Below, one piece after another: positions 23,211 to 35,542 of a stretch of 64,000 bases of DNA; position 1 is the first letter of the stretch, and the number at the start of each line of letters is the position of its first letter. The stretch comes from Carcharhinus longimanus. Taxonomy: Eukaryota. The stretch is taken from positions 6,269,527 to 6,333,526 of the forward strand of contig JASCQW010000112.1 of assembly GCA_030264375.1 (NCBI GenBank). Reading direction: 5' to 3'. Under the pieces are notes generated by a model. That model saw nothing but the letters and a program-made list of their open reading frames with translations, was not told the origin of the DNA and searched no databases. The position numbers and the translations under genes were made by a program.

Positions 23211-26099
23211 GTGAGTACACAGTACATTGCAATAGAAATATAAAGGTTTTTATTGCAGTGCGGCCTCCTCCAGATATTGTTCTGTTGTGATGCAAGTCCT
23301 CGACAATTTATTACATTTTTTTTTTCCCCTGCCCTGCTTCTTCCTGTGCACTCATGCATTCCTCAGTTGGGAAGTGAACCAACCTATGGATTTTTCCATG
23401 GTTGGATTCAATATCAGTTTGCCAGGTGTTCCACTTTCTGCCAGTTGAATCTGCCAGGATTATGTAATTTGTGTGATCCAAGTTAAGGTATGCATGAAGT
23501 AAGGGCTTTTGTTTTGAAGTTGGGAAAGGCTACTGTATTTAAGCATTCGGCTATTAATCGTCATTTGTTCTTGCCTCGTTTTTCTAATCCTGTGACTTCA
23601 ACTGTGGCACTCCTCAGTCACATGACAAATTCTTCTGGTAGCCTCCCACTTGTACACTCGCTGCAGTTGACTTATCTCTTTTAGTAATTCCTCTTGATAG
23701 ATGTGGTAAAAGTTGCATAGTTGTGACAAATGTGGCCTTGCATAATTTTTTGTCCTGATTTCAATAATTCAGTCACTACTAAACTAATGAAACATGAGCA
23801 TGAAAGCATCTCATCAAAAGGTCATCTCATCAAGGCTTGAGATCCGTTTCTGCCTCTATTAGAATTTCAACTCGTGTTGAGAAACATCTGTTATTCATGG
23901 ATTAAGTTAATGAAGTATCCAGTAAAAAGAAGCAGTAAATCACTACTATCTCTTTAATGACAGCAAAAATGTTATATTGTGTTGGGCCTAACAAAGCAAA
24001 TGGGAAAAATCCTATATTTCTCACTTTTGTATTTCATGAAGTTGATGTATTCAAGGCAGTGTTGTTGGGGTATAAGTCCCAGGTTTCTTGTCTTTGCACT
24101 TTGTATTCATTTTATAATGGGAAACCTGATAAATCAAACCATGGCAAATTTGGAACAGATTCTATCGCTAGTTTTATATATATAATTTATGAAGTTATTG
24201 CAATTATATATTTTACAAAGATACTTGATTTTATTTGTTAACCCACTGTAGTTTCTATGGAGTATGTACATATCCTGTCCTACTCCTCAATGAAGAAAGT
24301 CATTGGAAATCCAGCAATTATGCAATTGTGATGCTGTAAATTTATTTTGACTGAGAACATCTTTTGACTAACGCCTACATAATAAATGATGTCTGTGTTC
24401 AAACCACTTGTGGGCGTTATTGCCTCCTAGCCTTGCTGGAAAACAGATAATGGCTAATTTATGTGAAAGTACCTGTGGATTACATGTTGAGAGCGATTAC
24501 TTTGGTATTTTAGAAGAAGGGACAGCGTGAAAGGGTGTATTTTCCTGGTCCGTTTTCTTGCCTCTTTCCCGATGACTCATATTCCTTCCTGGGTTGCACT
24601 TAACTTTCTGGTACCTCACCACCGGGTTCTGAAGCAAATTGTAACATCCCAATTGCTGCTATGATCAGCTAAGTGGCTGCAAACTGAGATCAAACGTTTG
24701 CCTTTATTGGTATGCGTGGTTGAGCTAATCACTGGATAAACAGGTTGTATGGGAAGAGCCTGTACATTTCATTGTCTGTTGCTGACAACTACATTTTTTT
24801 TGTGGTCAATTGTAAATCCATATCAGTACGCATTTTACACTCATCTCTCAGTTTCAGTTCTTTTTCTGGTGCCAAAAACGCTTGAATTTAAGGGATTGAT
24901 GCTTTTTATTGAGAACCTTTTATGCATCAAGGCCCACTTTGCAGGTCACCACAGATTCAAACAGGAGCTTTGATTGAGACACAATAAGCTTGAATTTAAA
25001 AAAAAATGAATTGAAGGTAGAAAGATTTGGGCAGCTGAATATGGAAGAAAAGGGAGTGAGTCAGGAGAACAAGTGTGGGGCCGGTGGGATGTGGGATGGG
25101 CAGCCTCAGAGAATATTGGAATAGAGGAGGATTTCAGCAGCAGATTATGTTGCAGAGATGAAAGCCAGCTGCCATTTCTGATGGAGGGAATATCGAATCA
25201 GAAGCTTAGCCCAGGGTTAATGCTGATATTATGAACAGCCTCCCTGAGCCTGAGGTGGTGGCTGGGGGATTCATGAGTACGTTTAAAAAACAAATTCAGA
25301 TAAACAACATTCTGATTGGAAACTGAATCTAATAAACTATGCTTCCTTTAAATTGTCCTGAAGAGTGTTAAGAATTCACCACGTAATTTGGGATTGAAGT
25401 CACAAGTAGACAACACCGAGTTGGCTTCCTCAGCGTATTAGTGAACCAGTTTGTATTTGATGGCAATAATTTGCCAAACTACTTAACTTGAGATTTGCAC
25501 TCATGGTTTCAGGTTACTTGTTGAGTACCTTAACCATTGATTGAGTGAATGTTGGCCTATCAAGTCATATGTGGCCTGCAGGTAATGGTGTTTCCATGGT
25601 CTTGCTGCTCATGTCCTTCCTTGATGGAGGATACCTTACAGGAATGCGTTGGTAAAGTAAACGTTGCAAGCTGACATGGTGCCTTTTGTGGACTGTATGT
25701 ACCGCAGCCTATGCACATTGGTAACACTCATAGATGCTGAGTTTATTGGCCAGATTTGTGATCAGAAGCAGAAGAGTTTGGTTTGGTCCAAGGCCAATAA
25801 TCTCAATTATAGAATTGCCCCTTCTCCGAGGCATGGAGAAAACTCAAGCTGTTCCCATTCCTCCAACCAATGGCTAGAAATGTTCTTGTGGACTTGGGTG
25901 GAGTGCGGCTGAGCCTCCACTGTGAAGCTATTGAATAGCCTACCTACCTGCTACTAATGACAACTTGGTCAATGCACTCGAGTTATCTTAGCAAGACATC
26001 ATTGCCTTCAGGAGGAGAGCGCTGAAGTAAAGATTGGCAAGGAGACAAACCATGAATGTGGAAAACTAGCAGTATAAAATGTGTTTGTATTTACACCAT

Positions 26100-26420
26100 T
26101 CAGGCATACATTGATGGACAGGACGCATGTAGACCTGTCATCCAAGAAAGGCAGAAAATATCTTCATATTGACCCAGGTGGTTTGGATATACCATGACAA
26201 GGCACACAAACAGAAATTAAGAGAAGTTACTTCTCTTAAAGAGCTGTGAGCTTGTGGAATTTGCTACCCCAGAGCATGGTGGGTGCAGGGACATTGAGTA
26301 AAATTAAGAAAGAGATGCATAGATTTTTAATGACTAAGAGTTACTACTGAGATCAGCCATGATCACAGGCTCGAGAGGCTAAACTGCCTGCTCCTGCTTC
26401 CAGTTCTTATGTTCTTATGT
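26100..26420 (+). mobile_element. CR1 LINE 3' remnant
   Basis: ttgtggaatttgctaccccagag...gatcagccatgatc...ctcctgcttccagttcttatgttcttatgt tail. Confidence 0.65.
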
Positions 26421-27338
26421 ACAGACCTTAAAGTGGACTTTCATTTACTACCTTAAGAATGATGGAAGAACTTGTATGTTCTTAGGGCATCCCAAAGCAC
26501 CTCATAGCAAATGAAGAACCTTTGACTTGCAGTTATATTAATACAGGAGAATAAGAATGCTACGTGGATTTGAGGGTGGAGGAGAGGGAAAAGGTTTTTT
26601 AACCAAAAGTCGTATCTATTTGTTTTTGTTGTACATGTATGTGTGGAAAGATAAACAAATCCAGTTATACTTAGTAAACTGAGACATCACCAACTAATGT
26701 AATCATGTTTTCAATATATAGATGTGCGTTGTGTCACTTGATACTGCTTTTGAGATAGATGTTGTGAAACAAGCCAGACAGATACCATAAAATGACATTA
26801 CTGGAACCACAATTATTTTGATCATATTAAAAACAGGGTAATATTAGTTTACTTTGTTGTTTATTTCTGCTGATGCTGGCTGCTTTTGGAATGATTCTCG
26901 TAACCCTCTCTTCTAACATTTTCCGCAGTGGATTTTTGCGAGTGTTAATCACTCCTCTAATTTCACAGCTCGATAGAAGTCCAGAGATGATAACTGATTT
27001 ATTGTGTCATGTATTGCTGTCCATTGATTGTGATGCATAAGTGGGATCAGATGACTGACTGACTTTGTGCAAGCTTTTAGTTTTACATTAGACTGTCATC
27101 AGGTAATCAAAATGTGGAACCGCGGGTCAACTAATTAAGGTTATAGTCCAACAAGTTCATGTGAAGTACACAATTTTCCAATCAAAGCCCAAGAATTATT
27201 TCACCGACGTTTTCATCTCCGATTGTTTTTATAAAAGAAATCAAGCCCAACCAGGAATAAATAATAACTTGCCATTTAAAAAATAATTACAGCTCGACTT
27301 GTTACTTTGCATGCATCATTGAGCACGTGGTTGACAGT

Positions 27339-27485
27339 AATAAAAGCAGAAAATGCTTTAAAAAAATTCAGCACGTCTGGTCGCATCTATGGAGAGAGAA
27401 ACAGAGTTAATGTTTCAAGGCAGTAAGAATTCTTTGGCGATTATTTTAGATTTCCAGCATCCACAGTTTTTTGCGTTTATTTCCA
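27339..27485. mobile_element. Short Penelope-derived fold-back element with 11-bp TSD
   Basis: Family motifs on both strands. TGGTTGACAGT at 27328-38 and 27486-96. Confidence 0.65.
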
Positions 27486-28024
27486 TGGTTGACAGTGGTT
27501 GAAAGAATCTTGGGTGTCACCCAGCTTACTTGAATGTCAGATTTTCTTGCCCTGTAGCATTTGGAAATAAATCATAATTATCCTAAATTGTAGGATTTTT
27601 TTTCACTTGAAATGTGTGGCTGAATTGTGAATGGGAGAAAGGGAGTTTCTCCTTTATACCCTTTTGAGCGATGGTTTGTAAATAAACTCCTACTTGTTGC
27701 AGAAACTGATTGAGCACTTTGAAGATGCTATCATTCCTGTCAATTTTATTTGATAGCTTTTAAAAGAACCAGCGTATGTTAATAAATTCCGTAATGGTTG
27801 GTAGGCACTAAGGCAAGCAATCTTCTAATTTGCATCCGCAGGCATTAAAGGCACCTTGCGCTTTGAAATTCATGCCATCAAATAATTGTAGTGAAGTGGG
27901 AAATGATATTTGTTTTATACCTGTGTTGGATTACCAGAGGAAAATTTGACCTCAGATTTATGATATCTGAGCAATAATTTTGTGATGGAAGAATTTTGAA
28001 CTTACATTTGGAAGATCAAATTCA

Positions 28025-28705
28025 GGTGCAAATTATACAGTAAATGGCAGAAACCTTAGCATTGGCATACAGAGGGATCTGGGCCACGGATACGTGAAAG
28101 TGGCAACATAGGTGGATAAGATGGTCAAGAAGGCACACAACATGCTTGCCTTCATTGGCTGGGCATTGAGGGTAAAAATTGGCAAGTTTTGTTACAGCTG
28201 TATAAACCTTTAGTTAGGCAGTGTTTGGAACATTGAATGCGGTTCTGGTTGCCACACTATCAGAAGGGTGTGGATGCTTTAGAGAGGGTGCAAAGAAGGT
28301 TTATAAGCATGTTGCCTGGTCTGGAGGGTTTTGGGTATGAGAAGAGATTGGGTAAAATCAGATTGTTTTCACTGTAAAAACAGAGTCTGAGGGGCAACCT
28401 GATAGAAGTCTGTGAGGCATTAATAGGGTGGATAGTCAGAGGCTTTTTCCCAGGGTGAAGGGTCGACTACAAGGGGGCACAGGTTTAAGGCGAGAGGCTG
28501 TAAGTTTAGAGGAGACATGTGGGTAAAGTTTCTCACACAGAGGGTGGTGGGTATCTGGAAGTGGAGGCAGTGGAAGCAGGCATGGTAGCAATGTTTAAGG
28601 CATATATTGAATATGAGTGGGAGGCAAAAAGAGGAATAGAAACTGTGTTTCGGTGCAGGCTTGGTGGGCCAAAGGGCCTGTTTGAGGGCTGTATTGTTCT
28701 TTGTA
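28025..28705 (+). mobile_element. CR1/HER1 LINE 3' end
   Basis: LLQLYKPLVRQCLEH..RFWLPHYQKGVDALERVQRRF..MLPGLEG..YEKRL and TRGHRFKARG motifs. Confidence 0.8.
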
Positions 28706-29439
28706 CTCCCTCAGCTAGGAATCCCTTATCTTGACCTTTCCTCAGCTCAAGTCTAGAAAACATGCACTGTGCCTCTGGGAGCTCTCAGCTTATTCTCTTC
28801 TGTGTTCCAATATATTCTTTCTCAATCATGATTCAGACATCTGTTCCAGATTTTGTTGTAAATTTATTCCCCCCCCCAAATATTTATATTTTCAAGAAAG
28901 CTGATGACTCAACCTACATCGTTAGTCAAAGCAGAAAACTGTTGTCTGAGAAAGATTTATGGCAAACTGTATAAGAACAATGTTGTTACACCTTTGAGAC
29001 ATGGATTAAAATCCAGGCCCAGAGGAGGAGAAGGTCTCCTTTCATTACTGGCTGCCAGTAACACTAAGTGAAATTACTATTATGATTTGTTTCAATCCAG
29101 CTCAGTTGATTGAAGTCTTTACTGCAAAAGTTGGCAATGATAAGTGAGACACATTTAGTAATGAACTTTGGTTAAATTAGGCAAATTTAATTTGAGGGAG
29201 AATTTTAAAAATACACACCCTTTTAAAATGTGTTAGAACTGATTTTATTAAACAATCTCTGAAAGGAAATACATTTCTATATGTTGAAATATAATTAGTA
29301 GACATTTGCCATGTTGGATTCTTGTCCATATTTGTATCTGCTGAATTGACACACTAATTATATTCTCTGGCTTGAGAACTGGGTGTTCATGTCTAGGGAC
29401 AGGCAAAAATGTTGTTTGTGAATTTCCAATTGCCTTAGA

Positions 29440-29812
29440 AAGTTTAACATTTATTTATTAGTCACAAGTAGGCTTACATTAACATTGCAAAAGGCACAGT
29501 GGTTAGCACTGTTCCCTCACAATGCCAGGGACTCAGCTTGGATTCACTATCTGTAGAGTTTGCACGTTCTCCCCATGTCTGTGTGGGTTTCCTCTGGGTG
29601 TTCCGGTTTCTTCCCACATTCTGAAAAACGTACTGGTTAGGTGCATTGACCCAAACAGGAGTGTGGCGACTAGCGGAACTTCGTTGCAGTGTTAATGTAA
29701 GCCTACTTGTGACTAATAAATCAACTTTGACTTTTACTTTACTTTAAATCCACTAGTAGCCACATCCGGCACACTGAGGGAGAATTTAACATGGCCAATG
29801 CTCCTAATCAGA
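29440..29812. mobile_element. V-SINE (+, about 29492-29745) nested in an oppositely oriented V-SINE 3' half
   Basis: Minus-strand tail 29440-29490 resumes at about 29746-29812 with a full + copy between. Confidence 0.8.
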
Positions 29813-30607
29813 ATTTAGAAGGACCAAATCAGAAGGATTAATTCTTTGTTTTTCGTACGTATTTACCCTCCCTGAGAAACATTTTTCTGTAAATGAAATC
29901 TAGATTTTGGAAAAATTCATCTGCTAGTTTATGAACAGAAGTCTTATTTTAAAGAAAAGTTTGCACAGTTTTAAATACCAAGTTATAATAGAGATCATCC
30001 TGTTTAAAACCTAGAAACCCCTATGCACTATCAGATGAAGATTTGTACCTCCCACCCTCCCCTTCCTTGCACAAGCTGTCATTAAAACAGTGCACAAGAG
30101 TTGATTTATTATCTTACTAATCAATTGAAGTTACCACAGATTTACTATGTCTTAAGAGGATCAATTGACAATACATTGCTGCTCATGAGCAGAAGGGGAA
30201 AACCCAATTCAGTACACTTGCATTCTAGTACCTCCCAAGGCCAGCTTAACTCTTTTCGATGTGAACAGCACATAGTTTTTGCTCAAATGTATGTAACCAT
30301 GAATAATGAGTAGTGTTGATATGCATTAAAAAAAATCTATGCTTTCTAGGTCTGTGAAGTTTTCATGTCTCTAGAATATATTCAGTAATAAAACAATACA
30401 TGTGCTCTTTCAGGTATTTGTCTAGAAAGAAGATCCAGAACTAAGCAGTTATTTGAAGTAGTGATTATGGGAGCAATTTGGGGTGATGAATTAAGTACAT
30501 TGAATATTAAAATGTATTTTTTAAGTGTTTTGGTACCAACATATAGCATTAAAATGTTGGCACTGACTATGAAGATGTTAACAAAGCTGAGAAACCATTC
30601 ATGTGAT

Positions 30608-30825
30608 TAAAAAGCAAATTATTGCTGATGCTGGAACCAGAAAAGAGAAAATGCTGGAAAATCTCAGCAGGTCTGGCAGCATCTGTAAGGAGAGAAAAGA
30701 GCTGACATTTCGAGTCCAAATGACTCTTTGACAAAGGGGTCATCTGGACTCAATGTCAGCTCTTTTTTCTCCTTACGGATACTGCCAGACCTGCTGAGAT
30801 TTTCCAGCATTTTCCCTTTTGGTGA
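30608..30825. mobile_element. Short Penelope-derived fold-back element with hammerhead-like core
   Basis: Near-perfect palindrome with about 90-bp arms centred on 30731. Confidence 0.75.
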
Positions 30826-31338
30826 AAGCATTCTCGTACTGCTCTAACACTGTGGCAGAAACTCAAACATACCGCTCAACTAAGTGGTCAATATTTAATT
30901 TATTTGGCAAAAAACCTTAAGAATTAATGGACAGACATGATTATTGACATTTTATCAAGGTATCGGTTTAATGCAGAGCAAATAACCTGGAAGAGACTCA
31001 AACAGGCACATTCTCAGGTGTTAATATTGGAAAACACCATGATGATTCAAATTTACATATAATAATGGCATTCAGGACTGCAATCCAATACAAGGAAAAA
31101 TTTTTGAAAATCCACTTTAGTTGTTGGTTCATGCGTGACACTTAATCAGAAAACAGCCCTTGTATTGTGAATTTTAGCCACAATATTGAAGCAGACTCTT
31201 GATATGTTTTACTTAAATGGACCATATGTAAGCAGTATTATATGTTTGTGCATTATGTGTTAATGTTGCCTTAAATGGTTTAGGGAAGTTTGTGTTCTGA
31301 TTGTGGTTTCTCTAACATTGTAGTTCTCTCCTGTCCAG

Positions 31339-31447
31339 ATGCTGTGGGAGTAATGCCAAATGGTGGTCGAGCGTACAGTCGAGGGCCATTCATGGGGATG
31401 AAGCCATTGCCAATCAATAGCATTGGGAGTATGGCTGCTGCAGTAAG
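31339..31447 (+). CDS. FOXN3: FOXN3 penultimate coding exon, 109 nt (AVGVMPNGGRAYSRGPFMGMKPLPINSIGSMAAAV-R)
   Basis: Branch-point CTAAC at 31312-16, acceptor ctgtccAG (31337-38), donor AG|GTTAGC (31448). Aligns to human [35 protein letters not shown]. Phases join correctly to both flanking exons. Confidence 0.9.
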
Positions 31448-31799
31448 GTTAGCATTTATCTCCCATCAATTGCAACTGTTAGAATTGAAGTATTCAGCTG
31501 CCTTAACTCATTGGTGCTAAAAGTGACCGTCTGACTTGTAATGAAACTAAAAGATTCTGGATGTAAATTTTATAATGTTGCACAGAAGAACTTTGGAAGA
31601 AGGATGCTATTGAAAACTGATGTACGTTAATCTCTCACAAACATACAAATAGAAAGAGAGCCTAATTTTGTTCTTGGCAAATCATATCCATCTCGAACTA
31701 TCGCAAAGACACCTGTGTTTCAAGTCAACTACCTACCTATGGTTGTGTCAAGAGGTCCAATTATTATCTTTTTATTTAGCACTTTGTAATGAAATCCAT

Positions 31800-32500
31800 C
31801 GAATCACTACAGAGCCAAAGAAGGCCATTTGGCACATCAAGTCCGCACCGACTCTCCGAAAGAGCACCTTACCCAGCTCCAGCCCCCCAACCCAATCCCC
31901 CTAACCTCTCGCATTTACCATGGCTAATCCACCTAACCGACACACCTTTGGACATCTTTCAAAAGAATTATCCAGTTAGTTCTACTTCCATATCTCCTTG
32001 CAAATTTTTCCCCCTTTAAAAACTTGTCTACTTCCCTTTTGCTTGCACCAGTTTTTCAGACACTTCATTCCAAGTCCCCTTAATTCACTGAGTAAATAAG
32101 ATTCTGCTGGTCTCAATTCTGGTCCTTTTTGCTGATTATCTTAAATCCGATCATTGACCCTTGTGACAATGGAAACAATTTTCCTTATTCACTGTATTGA
32201 AACCTTACAAAATTTTGAATATCTCTCTATTAATTCTCCCCTTAGCCTTCTCAGTTTTAAGGAGAACAGTCCTAGCTTCTCTTGTTTTCCATGCTTCTAT
32301 GTCTCTGGTACCATTTCCTTAAATCTCTTCTGTATATTCTCCAAGGCCTTATCATCTTTCTGAAGTGTCCAGAATTGGACAAAGTACTCCAACTGCAGCC
32401 CAATTAATGATTATAAAGGTTTAGTGTAACATTCCTACTTTTGTACTCCATAAGCTAAAGATTCCATGTTTTTGTCAGCCCTCTGAGCTTACCCTACCCC
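31800..32500 (-). mobile_element. SINE tail plus CR1 3' remnant
   Basis: gaatcactacag...ggccatt.ggc.catcaagtc tail and tgtccagaattggacaaagtactcca CR1 motif. Confidence 0.6.
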
Positions 32501-33689
32501 TCTCTTCCTGCATTTTCATCAGCTGTGGAACTGATGTTAAGTATTTGAACATGTAAAGTTTGTCAACACAATAATCAAAATATTGTCTCCTACAGTTATG
32601 AGTAAATATTGGGAGCATAAACCTGTTTTATTTTGAAACCCCTTCCAAAGGCAGCAGATGGCTTGTATCCTCATGCTATTGGTTGGTTTCCAGTTTTCCC
32701 TTTCTCTGTCCAATGTAAGGACTTCTGAAGCAATAAATTGCAGCAAGCCTGTATTGTTTACATGGAAAGTGAATGGATTTATCAGGTGTTAAATATAGAA
32801 ATAGATTTATTTTAATTATCTGAGCCTCAGTAGATTTCAATGCCTGCTCTCCCTGGAATTTACTTAACACTTCTGGTAATTTAGCTGTTTAGCAACTTAT
32901 TTAGAACACTCCTTCCTTGATTTATTACTGTTCTAAATAGATGATTCAGTATTGAAAATATCAGCTAAAAATGCTTTTTATTCAATATAATCCATTTTTT
33001 AAAGTGTTAGTTGTCATGCAAAGTGCAATTCTAACCTTTTTAATATTGTACATTACTATATTTCTCAGTATTTAAATAAATAAGAAGGCTACAGTATATA
33101 ATTAGTGACATAAACTGCCTGCATAATGGGAAAAAGCTCAAATTTGTCCACATAAATGCATTAACACTTCAGTATAATGTACAAAGCATAATAATTTTTC
33201 ACTTTCTCATTATTGATCTCATCTTATTATATTCTCATAATCTGTTGGGGTGTTTTGCTTTCTGAAAGGCATTATATCAATGCAGCTTGACTTGTATAAA
33301 AGTGTTCCTAATACATTTCGCTTATAATTTCAAACAGAATAAATCTGCACTTGTGTGAATAAAGCAATGTTGTCATGCACCATAGTGGGTTCTAAGCATA
33401 ACCTTTCCAATGGTGCTCTGTATTATTGCCCAAGTCAAAGTTTCAATAACTTGGAACTCTCTGCTGGTTATCAGCACTGTATTCTAGTGTAGCATGTTGA
33501 CCCAGATTTGGTCCTAGACAATGAAAACTAAAAGATCCAAATGTTAACTTTGGCAGATATTCAACTCCTCAGATAAATGGAAGAACCAAGTGGACTTGAG
33601 AATTGAGGTATTGACAGTGCAATACAAATAATGGATGTGGTTGTTAAGCTAGAAGTAATGCTGTGCCAGTACAGTACGAGCATGGAGGA

Positions 33690-34400
33690 GAGCTAAGCAG
33701 CCACTTGATTGGCACTCCATACATCACTTTAAACATTCACTCCCTCTACCACCAACACATACTGGCAGTAGCATGTACTACCTGCTGCAAGATTAAGTGG
33801 AGCATCTCACCATGGTTCTCTTGACAGCACCTTCCAAACCAAAGTGCTCTATTGCCTAGAAAAGGGCAACAGGCACATGGGAATACTACTTCCTACACCT
33901 TCCCCATACAATCAAACAACACTATATCGTCATCCTTTCACTATCGTTAGGTTAGAATCCTGGAACTCCTTAACAGCACTGTGGATGTACTACAAAAAAA
34001 GTAATGTAAAGTTGATTTATTAGTATCCCAAGTAGGCTTACATTAACATTACAGTGAAGTTACGCTGAAAACCCCCAGTTGCTACATTCCATGTCTGTTT
34101 AGAGATACGGAGGGAGAATTTAGCATGGCCAATGCGCCTAACCAGCACATCTTTGAACTGAGAGGAAACCGGAGGAAACCCACGCAGATGTGGGGAGAAC
34201 ATGCAAACTCCACACAGACAGTGACCCAAGCCAGGATTCAAACCCAGGTCCTGGCACTGTGAGACAGCAGTGCTAACCACTGTGCTGCCCAGAGCGGTTC
34301 AAGGAGGTGGCTCACCACCATCTTTTCAAGGCAGTTGGAAATGAGCAATTAATGTTAGTCTTGCTGGTGAGACACTGATTCCATGAATGAAAGCAAAAGA
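33690..34400 (+). mobile_element. Second CR1-clade family 3' end, interrupted by a V-SINE
   Basis: cacttgattggcac...attcactccctc...cagcaccttccaaacc...aatcctggaactcc, resuming gcggttcaagga..tggctcaccacca after the SINE. Confidence 0.7.
34000..34290 (-). mobile_element. V-SINE (HE1-like), full length
   Basis: Head, V-domain and tail all present on the minus strand. Confidence 0.85.
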
Positions 34401-34995
34401 ACATTTCAGTCCGGCAGTGGTTATGCTTAACTGACACCGTCTCCCACTTCATCTAACCCAGTAGGGGAAAAAAATCTCCCGATTCTTTCTCCTTCGTATA
34501 TTTATCTTACTTAGCAGAAAAAGAACAAAGGGGGCAGACCTGGAGAATATTTTATCTCCTTTTGCCCACAGAGCGATGGGCTGAGACAAGGCAAGTCTTG
34601 CAGAACCCCTGGAATTAAAGACTTCTTAATCCAATGAGGCATGTCTTGTTTCTTGATTATAGAAACAAACAAATTGCCTGTTGTCATTGAGGAGGCAGCT
34701 TCAGTGCTGATCTGTTGCTTTGGTGTCAAAACATATGTAAGTACTGTATGCTTTGCTGCAGAACACAACCCTTAAATAGAACTTTTCTATGAAAGAAGAA
34801 AAGAATGATCAGAAAAGCGGGAACCTCAGTTTCCCACTTGAAGCTTTCAAAAGGTTTTTTGCTGCTGAAAAATGTAGTCTAGCATTCCTATATGTGCATT
34901 CATTTCCATATTGCACTTGCCGCAAGACACCATTATTGAACGGTACTGTATGGTGATTTAGTGAACTGACCTGTAGTAATTTGTTCCCTCTTCAG

Positions 34996-35542
34996 GAATG
35001 GAATTGCAAACTGTCGGATGCGGAATGATAGCGAACAATCCTGTGGCTCCCCGGTTGTCAGCAGTGACCCTAAAGAGGATCACAACTACAGCGTGGCAAA
35101 ATCTTCCAATCACAGAAGTACATCCCCCACCAGCGACTCTACGTCCTCTTCCTCTGCTGATGACCACTATGAGTTTGCCACGAAGGGCAGTCATGATGGG
35201 AGTGAGGTCAGTGAAGGGAGTTACCGCAGCCCCGAGAGCTACAGCGAGACAGAAGATGAGGAGAAAAAAATCAAAAAAGAAACCAAGGATTCCTTAGCTG
35301 ACAGTGGGTACCTATCTCAGCACACAAAACGGCAACACCTGACGAAAGCAAAAAAACACGCAACTGAGACACTGCCGCTTAAAAAGAGACGCACAGAGAA
35401 ACCACCAGAAAGTGATGATGAAGAAATGAAAGAGGCAGCAGGTTCACTCCTGCACTTGGCAGGGATTCGGTCCTGTTTGGATAACATCACAAACCGCACT
35501 TCAAAAGGGCAGAAAGAGCAGCAACATTCAGCAAAAAATTAA
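34996..35542 (+). CDS. FOXN3: FOXN3 (checkpoint suppressor 1) terminal coding exon
   Basis: Acceptor ttgttccctcttcAG (34994-95). Reads (R)NGIANCRMR...DPKEDHNYS...[12 protein letters not shown]...DSGYLSQH...[50 protein letters not shown]...KN*. This C-terminus is FOXN3-type rather than FOXN2-type. Confidence 0.97.

Noticed and set aside
34998-35297. 99-aa alternative-frame ORF overlapping the last FOXN3 exon
   Set aside because: A shadow of the Ser-rich real frame. Its ATG is internal to a spliced mRNA and it resembles no known protein.
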